A stretch of DNA of 64,000 nt, taken from the IMG/VR virus record IMGVR_UViG_3300042261_002385, positions 124,001 through 188,000 of that record, one strand, 5' to 3'. Both the position numbers and the translations under genes were made by a program. The notes under the pieces were generated by a model. That model ran no database searches. It was not told the origin of the DNA and worked only from the letters and a program-made list of their open reading frames with translations. Below are positions 48,121-56,285 of this stretch, in pieces. Within the stretch, counting starts at the first letter, position 1. Every line of letters starts with the position of its first letter.

Positions 48121-48414
48121 ATGAAAATATTAAAATATGAATCTTTCTTAGAAACCATGCAGTTTGCAGCTCTTACAAATGCTCAGAGATTAGCTAAACA
48201 AGAAGCTGAAAGAAGAAAAGCTAAAAAAGAGGAAGAAGACTCTAAGAAGAATATTCCAGCAGAAGATAAGGATGATTCTAAATACATTAGTCATCATGAT
48301 GTTCAAATGGAAGGAGAAGAAGGCCAAACTCAAATGGAAGGAGAAGAAGGCCAAACTCAAATGGAAGGAGAAGAAGGCCAAACTCAAATGGAAGGAGAAG
48401 AACCAGAAAGATAA
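48121..48414 (+). CDS. Small acidic CTS-like protein with tandem repeat (start revised to 48121)
   Basis: MKILKYESFLE; TTTAATATATA at 48087-48097 lies inside the longer ORF call. Confidence 0.6.
   Translation: MKILKYESFLETMQFAALTNAQRLAKQEAERRKAKKEEEDSKKNIPAEDKDDSKYISHHDVQMEGEEGQTQMEGEEGQTQMEGEEGQTQMEGEEPER
48304..48402 (+). repeat. Perfect 27-bp tandem repeat, ~3.7 copies (QMEGEEGQT)
   Basis: caaatggaaggagaagaaggccaaact x3 plus 18 nt. Confidence 0.95.
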
Positions 48415-48443
48415 GGAAAACATGAACAATTCATATATAGTTT

Positions 48444-49151
48444 ATGAATATTGTAGCAATTGACCCCTCACTTATATCAACAGCACTTGTGGTAAGTTCA
48501 GGTGATACATTCAAAATCTATAATTATTGTAGAGAGTCTAAAGTTTATGGTAAAAAAGGAATTACCAAATGGTTTAAGTCTGCAGAAGAATTTGTAGAAT
48601 ATAAGTTCATAGAATATAGAGAATTTCAAGACTATTCAGAAGGAGAGTTAACAAAACTAAAAGACTATGATAAAATTACTGACCAAATTATAGTAGATAT
48701 CTTATCAAATATAGATCCATCAAAAGAAACTAAAGTAGGTATCGAAGGGTATAACTTTGGAGCTCAAGTAGGTGACCTTATTGATCTAGTAACTTTTTCG
48801 ACACTTTTAAGAAAAAAACTTTATGATAAAGTTAGTAAAGACATATGGGTAATGTCACCATCTACTTTAAAACTAGAATCCTGTAAATTAACTTATGAAC
48901 CAATTAGAACTGAAATTGGAAAAAAAGTAGTTAAAATAAAAGAAGAGTATCGAAATAAAATAGGTATACCTGGTGGTAAATTCACTAAGAATGATATGGC
49001 ACTTGCAATAATTGAAAATGAAAATCTAAATGATTATTGGTCTAAACATTGCAAATTGATTAGAGATGACCTTAATTCTGTATCAACAATACAAAAACCC
49101 TATGAAGATGTGAATGACGCTTATCTAATCTATCAAATACTAAACAAATAA
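48444..49151 (+). CDS. RuvC-like (RNase H fold) nuclease / Holliday junction resolvase
   Basis: IVAIDPSLISTAL, VGIEGYNFG, EDVNDAYLI. Confidence 0.72.
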   Translation: MNIVAIDPSLISTALVVSSGDTFKIYNYCRESKVYGKKGITKWFKSAEEFVEYKFIEYREFQDYSEGELTKLKDYDKITDQIIVDILSNIDPSKETKVGIEGYNFGAQVGDLIDLVTFSTLLRKKLYDKVSKDIWVMSPSTLKLESCKLTYEPIRTEIGKKVVKIKEEYRNKIGIPGGKFTKNDMALAIIENENLNDYWSKHCKLIRDDLNSVSTIQKPYEDVNDAYLIYQILNK

Positions 49152-49173
49152 ATAATTTTTTGATAAAATTCAT

Positions 49174-49893
49174 ATGAAAGAAATAGTCTATCCATATGGA
49201 TCTAGTCACTTAATTGGTGAAAAAACAAGAGAAAAACTTTTAGCTAATAAGATTGATAAAATTGAGATACCGAGTTCCAAAGACGCAACACAAGCCACAA
49301 CTTTAATACAATTTAGTGGAGGAATTGACTCAACTTTTGTGCTTTGGTGGTGGCTTTTAAATCACCCGGATGAGTATTGTGTTGTGCATCATATTGATAT
49401 GATGCATTTTGAAAAAAGAAACAAAGAAGAATTAGATGCTGTTGATAGAGTTTTGAGATGGTTGGATTCACAAGGTCTTAAAAACTATTTTTATTTGCAA
49501 AATCCATTTGATTATGGTAATATACCGGGTGTAGTTTATGACGTAGAAGTTTGTGGTTTTTTAGCTGGAATAATTTTGTATTCAGAAAGATTCAAATCAA
49601 TATCCAAAGTTTTTTTTCCAATATATGGACATGAGACAACAAGAGAACAAATCAGAAAGGAAGTTATGCATTTGACTGCGAAAAGAAAAGTAGAGTGTAT
49701 TTATCCACTTGTTGGTTTATCAAAAACAGATGTTATGAAAATGATGCCTTATGAGCTTTTAAAACTGTGTTGGTATTGTAGAGTTCCCTTAGATGGTAAA
49801 GCTTGTGGTAATTGTCATACTTGTGAACAAGTTCTTAAAGGAGAACCTGAAGTCATAGAAGAAAATCTAAAAAACTATTTAAAAGATTTCTAA
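49174..49893 (+). CDS. QueC-like PP-loop ATPase
   Basis: FSGGIDST PP-loop; CWYC...CGNCHTC Zn motif. Confidence 0.7.
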   Translation: MKEIVYPYGSSHLIGEKTREKLLANKIDKIEIPSSKDATQATTLIQFSGGIDSTFVLWWWLLNHPDEYCVVHHIDMMHFEKRNKEELDAVDRVLRWLDSQGLKNYFYLQNPFDYGNIPGVVYDVEVCGFLAGIILYSERFKSISKVFFPIYGHETTREQIRKEVMHLTAKRKVECIYPLVGLSKTDVMKMMPYELLKLCWYCRVPLDGKACGNCHTCEQVLKGEPEVIEENLKNYLKDF

Positions 49894-51960
49894 TTACATT
49901 TCATCGACCCAAGGTTTCTTACCTCTTCTATCTAATTTAGCTAATAATTCTTTCCACTCTTCCGGTTCAAATTTAATAGCATTTTCTTTTAAGAATGTTC
50001 CAATTTGTTTCTTAATATCCTCATTAGGTAGTTTAGTAGTGTGTCCCATCCAAGCAAATGCATCAACAAAACCACTTTTACAACCTCTATTCATTTGGTC
50101 ATTTATGATGTCCATTCTACCATATTCTGCAGCCCATTTGATTACGAAGTTTTTACCATTTTCCTCTTGTTTAACACCATACTTTAGAAGCATTTGATAC
50201 CCAGCAAAATAAGATTCACCAATCTCAGTTCTACTTTTCCAAGAACCTTTACAAACTTTTCTTATTGGTAAATTAGAATTGAAATTAGGATCGGCTCCTG
50301 CTTTCAGACAAAATTCTAAAGCGTCCTCATCACAAACTATATTATTGAACACATCACCAGTTAGAACTGCGTGATTTTGAACTAAAAGTTTTATCATTTC
50401 CATATTCTTAGCCTTAGCTATTGCTGAATCTGAACCTTTTTGAAGATTTGCAGTTCCACCTAAAGCGAATATCATTTTAACTCTTTCAATATCATCATCT
50501 TCTACAGCATTTATCAAAGCTTTTCCATTGTCTCTGTTAATATCAGCTCCGTACTCCTTAACATATCTTTGTAAATCCTCGGCTGTTATCTGTCTTTCTC
50601 TACCGGTCTCTGGGTCTGGAATTGTTTTTTTGATAATAAATTTCTCGGCTTCTTTTGCCTTTTTTCTTCGTTCAATTTCATCTTGACTAAGAGGCTGTAA
50701 AATGTCCCAAATACTATCACTTATTCCATACTCACTTTCCCATTGTCTTAAAAGAGATTTAAACTCACCACCAATATAACTGTTATTTACAGTCTGACAA
50801 GCACCATTTGAATAAGTTCTATCAGGTTTGATAGTAACTCCAAGAGTCCACCTACTATTTGTGGATGATAAGTTAAAATTATAAATATAATATTGAATGT
50901 TATACTCACCAAGATAGCTATTCCAGTAGCTTTCAGAATTTACAATACAGTGAGAACAGTGAGCATTTAACATTTTATTAGCAGCATATGAATTTACTTC
51001 AACTACCATAATACCAGATTCATTATAAAGAACTTTACAACCTTTTACACCAAGTAAATCATTAACTTTATTTATCTTTTCTACTCTATCTGAATAACCT
51101 TCAGAGCCAGATGCATCTAAGTGTTGTTTAGCGGCTCTAATAAATTCAACAAGTGGATTATCCATTGTAGTGAATCTAAATAAACGGCTTCTCCATACTA
51201 ATTTACCAAAATTAGGATTTGGTTTTCCATCTCTTGTAGTTTCATATCTATCTTCTAACATCTCACCAAAGAAAGTTTTCCAAACGATTTCTTTCTTTTC
51301 TTCTGGTTCGATACTTTCAAAACCATTAGCAATCTCCACAAGCTGTTCCATTTGAAGTTCAGTAGCAGCATTAGCAGCTTTCTTTAACTTTGGAGGAAGA
51401 GTATCAACAATCTTTTTAACTTTTCTATACTCACCCAATTTATCTAACTCATCAGAGAGAATTTCAGCATTTGTATGATTGTTCGAAGGATTCGGAATTG
51501 ATTCATCTATAAAGTTGATATCAAACTTCTTAGGTAGTTTATCTAAAAGGTCTTTATATTCAATTAGAAGTGCATAAAGTCTTTCAACTTCTTCGTAAGA
51601 AATATTCTCAACAAAATACATATAAACAAAGTTATAAAGATATCCAATGTTTGGTTGAAACAACTCTCTTAGTTTAACAAACTCTTCATTTCTTTCAAGA
51701 TTTCTTACTTGTTCATCTGTAAGTCTAACATCTCTCATTTTCATTCTGATTTCGTTATACTGTTCAGGTGAGAAATCTCCTTTAGAAAGACCTCTCTTTT
51801 CACCGTGTCTAAGTTTATAATCTAATTCGGAATCGATTAATTTTAAATCTGTAGCCAATTTTTTAATAATAAATTGGTCTTTCAAAAACTTTTTAGACTT
51901 ATCTAAATTTTCATTTAGAGGTTCTAAATTCCTAAATTGATTATATCTAAATAATTTCAT
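49894..51960 (-). CDS. Ankyrin-repeat protein with CTS-like N-terminus
   Basis: C-terminal GADINRDNGKALINAVE, GADPNFNSNLPIRKV, IKWAAEYGRMDII; starts MKLFRYNQF...LNE. Confidence 0.7.
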   Translation of the reverse strand: MKLFRYNQFRNLEPLNENLDKSKKFLKDQFIIKKLATDLKLIDSELDYKLRHGEKRGLSKGDFSPEQYNEIRMKMRDVRLTDEQVRNLERNEEFVKLRELFQPNIGYLYNFVYMYFVENISYEEVERLYALLIEYKDLLDKLPKKFDINFIDESIPNPSNNHTNAEILSDELDKLGEYRKVKKIVDTLPPKLKKAANAATELQMEQLVEIANGFESIEPEEKKEIVWKTFFGEMLEDRYETTRDGKPNPNFGKLVWRSRLFRFTTMDNPLVEFIRAAKQHLDASGSEGYSDRVEKINKVNDLLGVKGCKVLYNESGIMVVEVNSYAANKMLNAHCSHCIVNSESYWNSYLGEYNIQYYIYNFNLSSTNSRWTLGVTIKPDRTYSNGACQTVNNSYIGGEFKSLLRQWESEYGISDSIWDILQPLSQDEIERRKKAKEAEKFIIKKTIPDPETGRERQITAEDLQRYVKEYGADINRDNGKALINAVEDDDIERVKMIFALGGTANLQKGSDSAIAKAKNMEMIKLLVQNHAVLTGDVFNNIVCDEDALEFCLKAGADPNFNSNLPIRKVCKGSWKSRTEIGESYFAGYQMLLKYGVKQEENGKNFVIKWAAEYGRMDIINDQMNRGCKSGFVDAFAWMGHTTKLPNEDIKKQIGTFLKENAIKFEPEEWKELLAKLDRRGKKPWVDEM

Positions 51961-51962
51961 AA

Positions 51963-53651
51963 CTATCTTCTTATGTGTAATTTTTCAAATATTCTTTTTA
52001 GTTCCATATCCCAAACTTTCTTGGATTCTCCTTTGAGATATTTATTTTTTAATTCAGCAGCTAATTCATAATTCTCTTCTTCAACTGCGTTTTCAATTTC
52101 TTGTTGAATTTCACTAATCGTCATCTCATCATAAGACTTTTTCTGAACAGGTTGTTCCTCATCTTTATTTTGTAAAGACTGTCTAACAAGTCTATCTACA
52201 TCAGATTCTTCTTCAGACTCTGTTTGAGTTTGTTTCCATCTTTGCTCATCTTCAATTTCTTTTTGTTGTCTTTCCCACTCTTCAATTTCTCTTTTGTAAT
52301 CTTCAATATCATCAACAATATATTTGATAATCTTTTGAATTTCTGATTTAGCGTGTGAGGAACTAAATCTTTCTTGATTAATTACAAAACGACCACCTTG
52401 TAAGTCAAAACTTGAAAATATGCTATTCATAATTTCTAAGAATTGTTCATCAGTTCTACAAACATCTGCTCTTTTCTTCAAATATTCTTTAAACTCAGGT
52501 GATGATTTTTCAGCTTCTGAATATGCTCTTTCTTTATCATAAGCTAAAATTGTGAAAACTCTTGTTTCTAATCTTTTATATTGATTAGACTCTGGAAACA
52601 TATTTACGAATGTCAGTAACATTTCAAGTGCAGGTGGACCATATCTAAAATCCTGAGCTTCATCTTTAAAAGAAGAAGTAGCTTTTTTAATAATTTTAGC
52701 AGTTTCTTTATCCTTTTTGACAGCTCCTGATTGTAAAAATAAGTATATGCCTTTAATAGTTTCATGAATCAACATTGGAAAATCAATACCAGCTGCTTTA
52801 ATTACAATTTTAGTAGCTTCTTTTTCCAATAACATTGACATTTCATAATAGTTACCAGATTGACTTTCCCAGATTACTTGACAAGCACCTGCCATACCCT
52901 GAGGCATATTTTTCATCATCTCTGACTTTCTATTGATTGGAATAACCCAGTCCATTTTATCAGCTAAGTCAGACATTCTAACCCAACAATCTAAAATTTG
53001 TTTTCCTCTATTTCCAAAAATATTTTGTAATTCAGTCTCAACCGTTTCAGAAAATCTTATGATATCTTTAGTTGCTTTACCAGCAGCTTGAGTAATCATA
53101 TTTAAAATCTTTTTCTTTTCAATTGCTGCAACTAAATTCGTTCCAGGAGTCTGTTCTCCTTCTTCTTGAGTCTGTTCTGCTTGTTGTCTTCTATTTTCTT
53201 CATCTCTTTCATCCTGTTCTTCTTGTTGCTCAGGAGTAGGTTGTTGAGATTGTTGAGGCACTTGTCTAACATCAGATATCTCAGAAGAAACCTGACCTTG
53301 TGGAACTAATTTTATTTGTAATTCAATAGGCTTTATAGATGTCTGTAGAATTTCATCAAACTCTTCTCTAACGACTGTCTCTGCTAAAACCTCTAAACTT
53401 CTAATTCTAGCTGACATTTGTTCAGGATTAAGTTGCCGACCATCTTGAGATGTCATCAATATTTGATTAGATTGTCTCATATTCTGGTCAAACTCTGGCC
53501 AAATTCTTGGCATTTGACCTCTTTCATCATCAGGACTAACACCCAATGCTCTTCTGGCTTGTTCTTCAGATTTAGCCATAAAATCCGATGGAACACCTTT
53601 ATTACCTTCTAAATCAACTTCTTCATTTATAAATTTATCAAATGATTTCAT
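51963..53651 (-). CDS. Putative internal head protein (CTS-like), helical, Gln/Glu-rich
   Basis: Starts MKSFDKFINEE; C-term UVR-like IENAVEEENYELAAELK. Confidence 0.6.
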   Translation of the reverse strand: MKSFDKFINEEVDLEGNKGVPSDFMAKSEEQARRALGVSPDDERGQMPRIWPEFDQNMRQSNQILMTSQDGRQLNPEQMSARIRSLEVLAETVVREEFDEILQTSIKPIELQIKLVPQGQVSSEISDVRQVPQQSQQPTPEQQEEQDERDEENRRQQAEQTQEEGEQTPGTNLVAAIEKKKILNMITQAAGKATKDIIRFSETVETELQNIFGNRGKQILDCWVRMSDLADKMDWVIPINRKSEMMKNMPQGMAGACQVIWESQSGNYYEMSMLLEKEATKIVIKAAGIDFPMLIHETIKGIYLFLQSGAVKKDKETAKIIKKATSSFKDEAQDFRYGPPALEMLLTFVNMFPESNQYKRLETRVFTILAYDKERAYSEAEKSSPEFKEYLKKRADVCRTDEQFLEIMNSIFSSFDLQGGRFVINQERFSSSHAKSEIQKIIKYIVDDIEDYKREIEEWERQQKEIEDEQRWKQTQTESEEESDVDRLVRQSLQNKDEEQPVQKKSYDEMTISEIQQEIENAVEEENYELAAELKNKYLKGESKKVWDMELKRIFEKLHIRR

Positions 53652-53659
53652 ATAATTAA

Positions 53660-54031
53660 TTATTTTTCAAAATAAGAATCAATCTTTTCTTTTTCTTCTT
53701 TAGAAACTTCTGTGTAGATTCTCTCAAATCTATCCATCACTTCTTTTGCTGCGGCTAATGGAGCATCTTCTTCAGATGGAATTTCTGTTGGGGTAATTCC
53801 TGGACGAGTTGGTCTTGGAATTGTAGTTGGAGCCGGAGTTGTAGTCGGAGATGGTTTTGTCTCTGTTCCAGCCAACGGAGCATCTTCTTCTGACGGAATT
53901 TCTGTTGGTGTGATTCCTGGACGAGTTGGTCTTGGAATTGTAGTTGGAGCCGGAGTCGTAGTTGGAGATGGTTTTGTTTCCGTCATCACAAACTCTTCGA
54001 CAAATCTCTGATATTTTTTGATATAACCCAT
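53660..54031 (-). CDS. Pro/Thr-rich CTS-like protein with internal duplication
   Basis: Starts MGYIKKYQRFVEE; TTTAATATATA at 54051-54061. Confidence 0.65.
   Translation of the reverse strand: MGYIKKYQRFVEEFVMTETKPSPTTTPAPTTIPRPTRPGITPTEIPSEEDAPLAGTETKPSPTTTPAPTTIPRPTRPGITPTEIPSEEDAPLAAAKEVMDRFERIYTEVSKEEKEKIDSYFEK
53760..53983 (-). repeat. 117-bp-period tandem duplication (TETKPSPTTTPAPTTIPRPTRPGITPTEIPSEEDAPLA x2)
   Basis: Copies begin at 53760 and 53877; peptide identical, about 8 nucleotide differences, all silent. Confidence 0.92.
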
Positions 54032-54139
54032 TGTTATAATTTATTTTTAGTATATATTAAAAATGAATATTTACTTTTTTAGACTAAAAAAAGAGTTTTA
54101 CATTTAAATATATAAGTAAGAAAAAATTAAATATTTAAA

Positions 54140-54718
54140 ATGAAAAGATTTTCAGAATTACAAAAGAAATCAAAAGTTAGAAGAATTTTCGAAGCAGAAG
54201 AAGGAGCAAATCTTCCATCTAACTACAAAGATATGTCAAAAGAAGAACTTATAAAATTGATGTCAGGTCAAGCTGGTAAAGAAGAAGATAATGAAAAAGA
54301 AGATGAAAAAGAAGACAAACAAGAATCATCAAAAGAAGGTGGTGATGTGGTAAAATTCTTTTCTAAATTATTCGAAAGTAGAGAAATGGCTCACATATAT
54401 CACTTAACGGTAAAAGGTGAGATGGGTTCACACGCAGCTCACTTAGCACTAAATGAATACTATGATGGAATTCTTGGTTTTATTGATGAAATGATTGAAG
54501 TTTATCAAGGTCAATATGGTATAATTGAGGGTTATGAAACAATTGATACTTCGGAGACTCAAAGTAAAGATAAAATTGATTATTTTGAAGAACTTGTTAA
54601 ACAAATCAGAGAAGATAGAAAATCAATCAATAGCGAAGATACTCATATTCATAATATCGTTGATGAAGCAATTGCTTTAATGTATAAAACACTATATAAG
54701 TTAAAATATAACAAATAA
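54140..54718 (+). CDS. DUF5856-type ferritin-like protein with N-terminal extension
   Basis: AHIYHL...SHAAHLALNEYYDGI..FIDEMIEVYQGQYG four-helix pattern; starts MKRFSEL. Confidence 0.68.
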   Translation: MKRFSELQKKSKVRRIFEAEEGANLPSNYKDMSKEELIKLMSGQAGKEEDNEKEDEKEDKQESSKEGGDVVKFFSKLFESREMAHIYHLTVKGEMGSHAAHLALNEYYDGILGFIDEMIEVYQGQYGIIEGYETIDTSETQSKDKIDYFEELVKQIREDRKSINSEDTHIHNIVDEAIALMYKTLYKLKYNK

Positions 54719-54722
54719 AAAT

Positions 54723-54750
54723 AAAACCCACTTACAGAGTGGGTTTTTTT
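54723..54750. terminator. Intrinsic terminator, probably bidirectional
   Basis: aaaacccact-tacag-agtgggtttttt between convergent genes. Confidence 0.8.
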
Positions 54751-55031
54751 ATTTCTATATTTTTGTAATATCTAATTTTTATAATATTTTTAGAGTATCT
54801 ACTCATTATTGATTTATTTAATGAAAATTCATCTTTAACATTTAAACCTAAATCAAATATCTTACTAATCGTTCTTTTTCTATTTACATTTTTAGAACCA
54901 TATTCAACTATTTCTGAGGAAGTAGTCATTGGTATATAAGGTACCCAAACGTATCCAGGTTCTAAATTAGAACTCTTCTTTCCTATTTGAATTTTCTGTT
55001 CACCAGGTATTTGATTTTGGTTAACAAACAT
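54732..55031 (-). CDS. Small protein containing the C-terminal segment of a gp23-type major capsid protein
   Basis: LEPGYVWVPYIPM ... KSIMSRYSKNII..RYY resembles gp23-family GYVYAPYxPL ... KGxMTRYAKxxV...FY; interrupted by NRKRTISKIF. Confidence 0.65.
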   Translation of the reverse strand: MFVNQNQIPGEQKIQIGKKSSNLEPGYVWVPYIPMTTSSEIVEYGSKNVNRKRTISKIFDLGLNVKDEFSLNKSIMSRYSKNIIKIRYYKNIEIKKPTL

Positions 55032-55227
55032 TTTTGTAGATTTTATTTATAGAACTTTTTCTTCTTAAAGGTCTTTCGAAAATACCTAACTTTCTGAGTA
55101 TTTCTAAGTCTATTTCTTTTGCTACTTGCTCAGATAAAATTTTAGTAAGTTCAGATTCTATGTCTCTTGTAGAAGTAGAAACAGTATTATTACTATCAAC
55201 CACACCTTTGACTTTATACTTTTTCAC
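55021..55227 (-). CDS. Small protein containing the spine-helix segment of a gp23-type major capsid protein
   Basis: DIESELTKILSEQVAKEIDLEILRKL resembles gp23-family DAEAELxxILSxxIxxEIxREIL; ends RRKSSINKIY. Confidence 0.65.
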   Translation of the reverse strand: MKKYKVKGVVDSNNTVSTSTRDIESELTKILSEQVAKEIDLEILRKLGIFERPLRRKSSINKIYKNVC

Positions 55228-55250
55228 TAATTATTTTAGTATTAGATAAG

Positions 55251-55568
55251 TTATTTGTTTTCAGTATAAAGATACTTTCTACCTTCATCATTATAACTAT
55301 TCATGTTTTGTAGAAAAGTATCTAATTTATCTTGTGTATCGTCTAAATTTTTTTTAATTACTTGAAGAGCAAAAATTGAATCATCTATCTGATCATTACC
55401 TTTTTGAGAATCACTTACATAATTATTTAACTCACTTGTTAAAGACTCAATAGTTTTAGTCTTATCTTTGATAGAATCCGATATTTCAGTAATCTCTTTT
55501 ACAATTTCTTCAATTCTGTCAGGTGATATATCAACCTCTTCAGTCTCATAAAATCTTTTAATTCTCAT
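55251..55568 (-). CDS. Coiled-coil CTS-like protein (start revised to 55568)
   Basis: MRIKRFYETEE; palindromic promoter at 55583-55604. Confidence 0.6.
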   Translation of the reverse strand: MRIKRFYETEEVDISPDRIEEIVKEITEISDSIKDKTKTIESLTSELNNYVSDSQKGNDQIDDSIFALQVIKKNLDDTQDKLDTFLQNMNSYNDEGRKYLYTENK

Positions 55569-55582
55569 AGAAAGTGTTTTAA

Positions 55583-55604
55583 AATTTAATATATATATTA
55601 AATT
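55583..55604. promoter_or_regulatory. Palindromic bidirectional late-type promoter
   Basis: Perfect 22-bp palindrome aatttaatatatatattaaatt between divergent genes. Confidence 0.7.
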
Positions 55605-56285
55605 ATGAAACGTAGAAATAAACATCTAATACTAGAGTTCACCGAATTCAATCTTCAGCGTTTTAATCCTGACTCAGCTAGAGCATCAGTTCATGTTGAC
55701 GATCCTAAATTGAGTATCGATGCATTTGATAAACATCAAGATGCAATTAGAGCAGCGATGTCAAGAATCACTGATATCTTAATGAATGTTAAGGGAACAA
55801 CTGCTTACTCACAACTGAGAAGTAAACTAGCTCTCGAAAAACAAGATATTCAAAATTTAAAAATTCAGAAAATTGTTAAGAACGGTATTAAATATGATTG
55901 TTACGTTGTAGTCACTATTGATGATGAAGATTATTGGGGCGTAGTTGAAGATATTTTAGGTCAAAATACAGAATTTACTTCAGAATTGTTTAAAGATATG
56001 GACCTTTATCAACCAATAGAATGGACTATTAAAATTAAAGGTCTTGTAATCAAAACAATTAAAGAGTGGTTGAAACCAGAACCCGGAAATTATAGATTAT
56101 TAAATAATGAAGTAATTTGCTATTCACAAGAGACAGGAAAACTCTTAAAAATGGAACAGGGAATTGAAATAGAGTTGATAAGAGCCTATGACGAAAAACT
56201 ACTTATTCGTTATGAGTCGAATGTTTATAGTTTAGTAAATGATAATTATATCTATTTTAATTGGTGGTTTGAAAAAATAGATTAA
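55605..56285 (+). CDS. Hypothetical protein (CTS-like variant HLILEFTEF)
   Basis: 226 aa ORF starting immediately after the palindrome. Confidence 0.55.
   Translation: MKRRNKHLILEFTEFNLQRFNPDSARASVHVDDPKLSIDAFDKHQDAIRAAMSRITDILMNVKGTTAYSQLRSKLALEKQDIQNLKIQKIVKNGIKYDCYVVVTIDDEDYWGVVEDILGQNTEFTSELFKDMDLYQPIEWTIKIKGLVIKTIKEWLKPEPGNYRLLNNEVICYSQETGKLLKMEQGIEIELIRAYDEKLLIRYESNVYSLVNDNYIYFNWWFEKID

Noticed and set aside
49174-49893. Assigning gene symbol queC and a 7-deazaguanine DNA-modification pathway
   Set aside because: The PP-loop and Cys motifs fit, but no partner genes are in the window; left as QueC-like.
54732-55227. Calling these ORFs a frameshifted full major capsid gene
   Set aside because: Together they cover only two short segments, with most of the fold missing and unrelated sequence inserted; a single frameshift would not restore a capsid protein.
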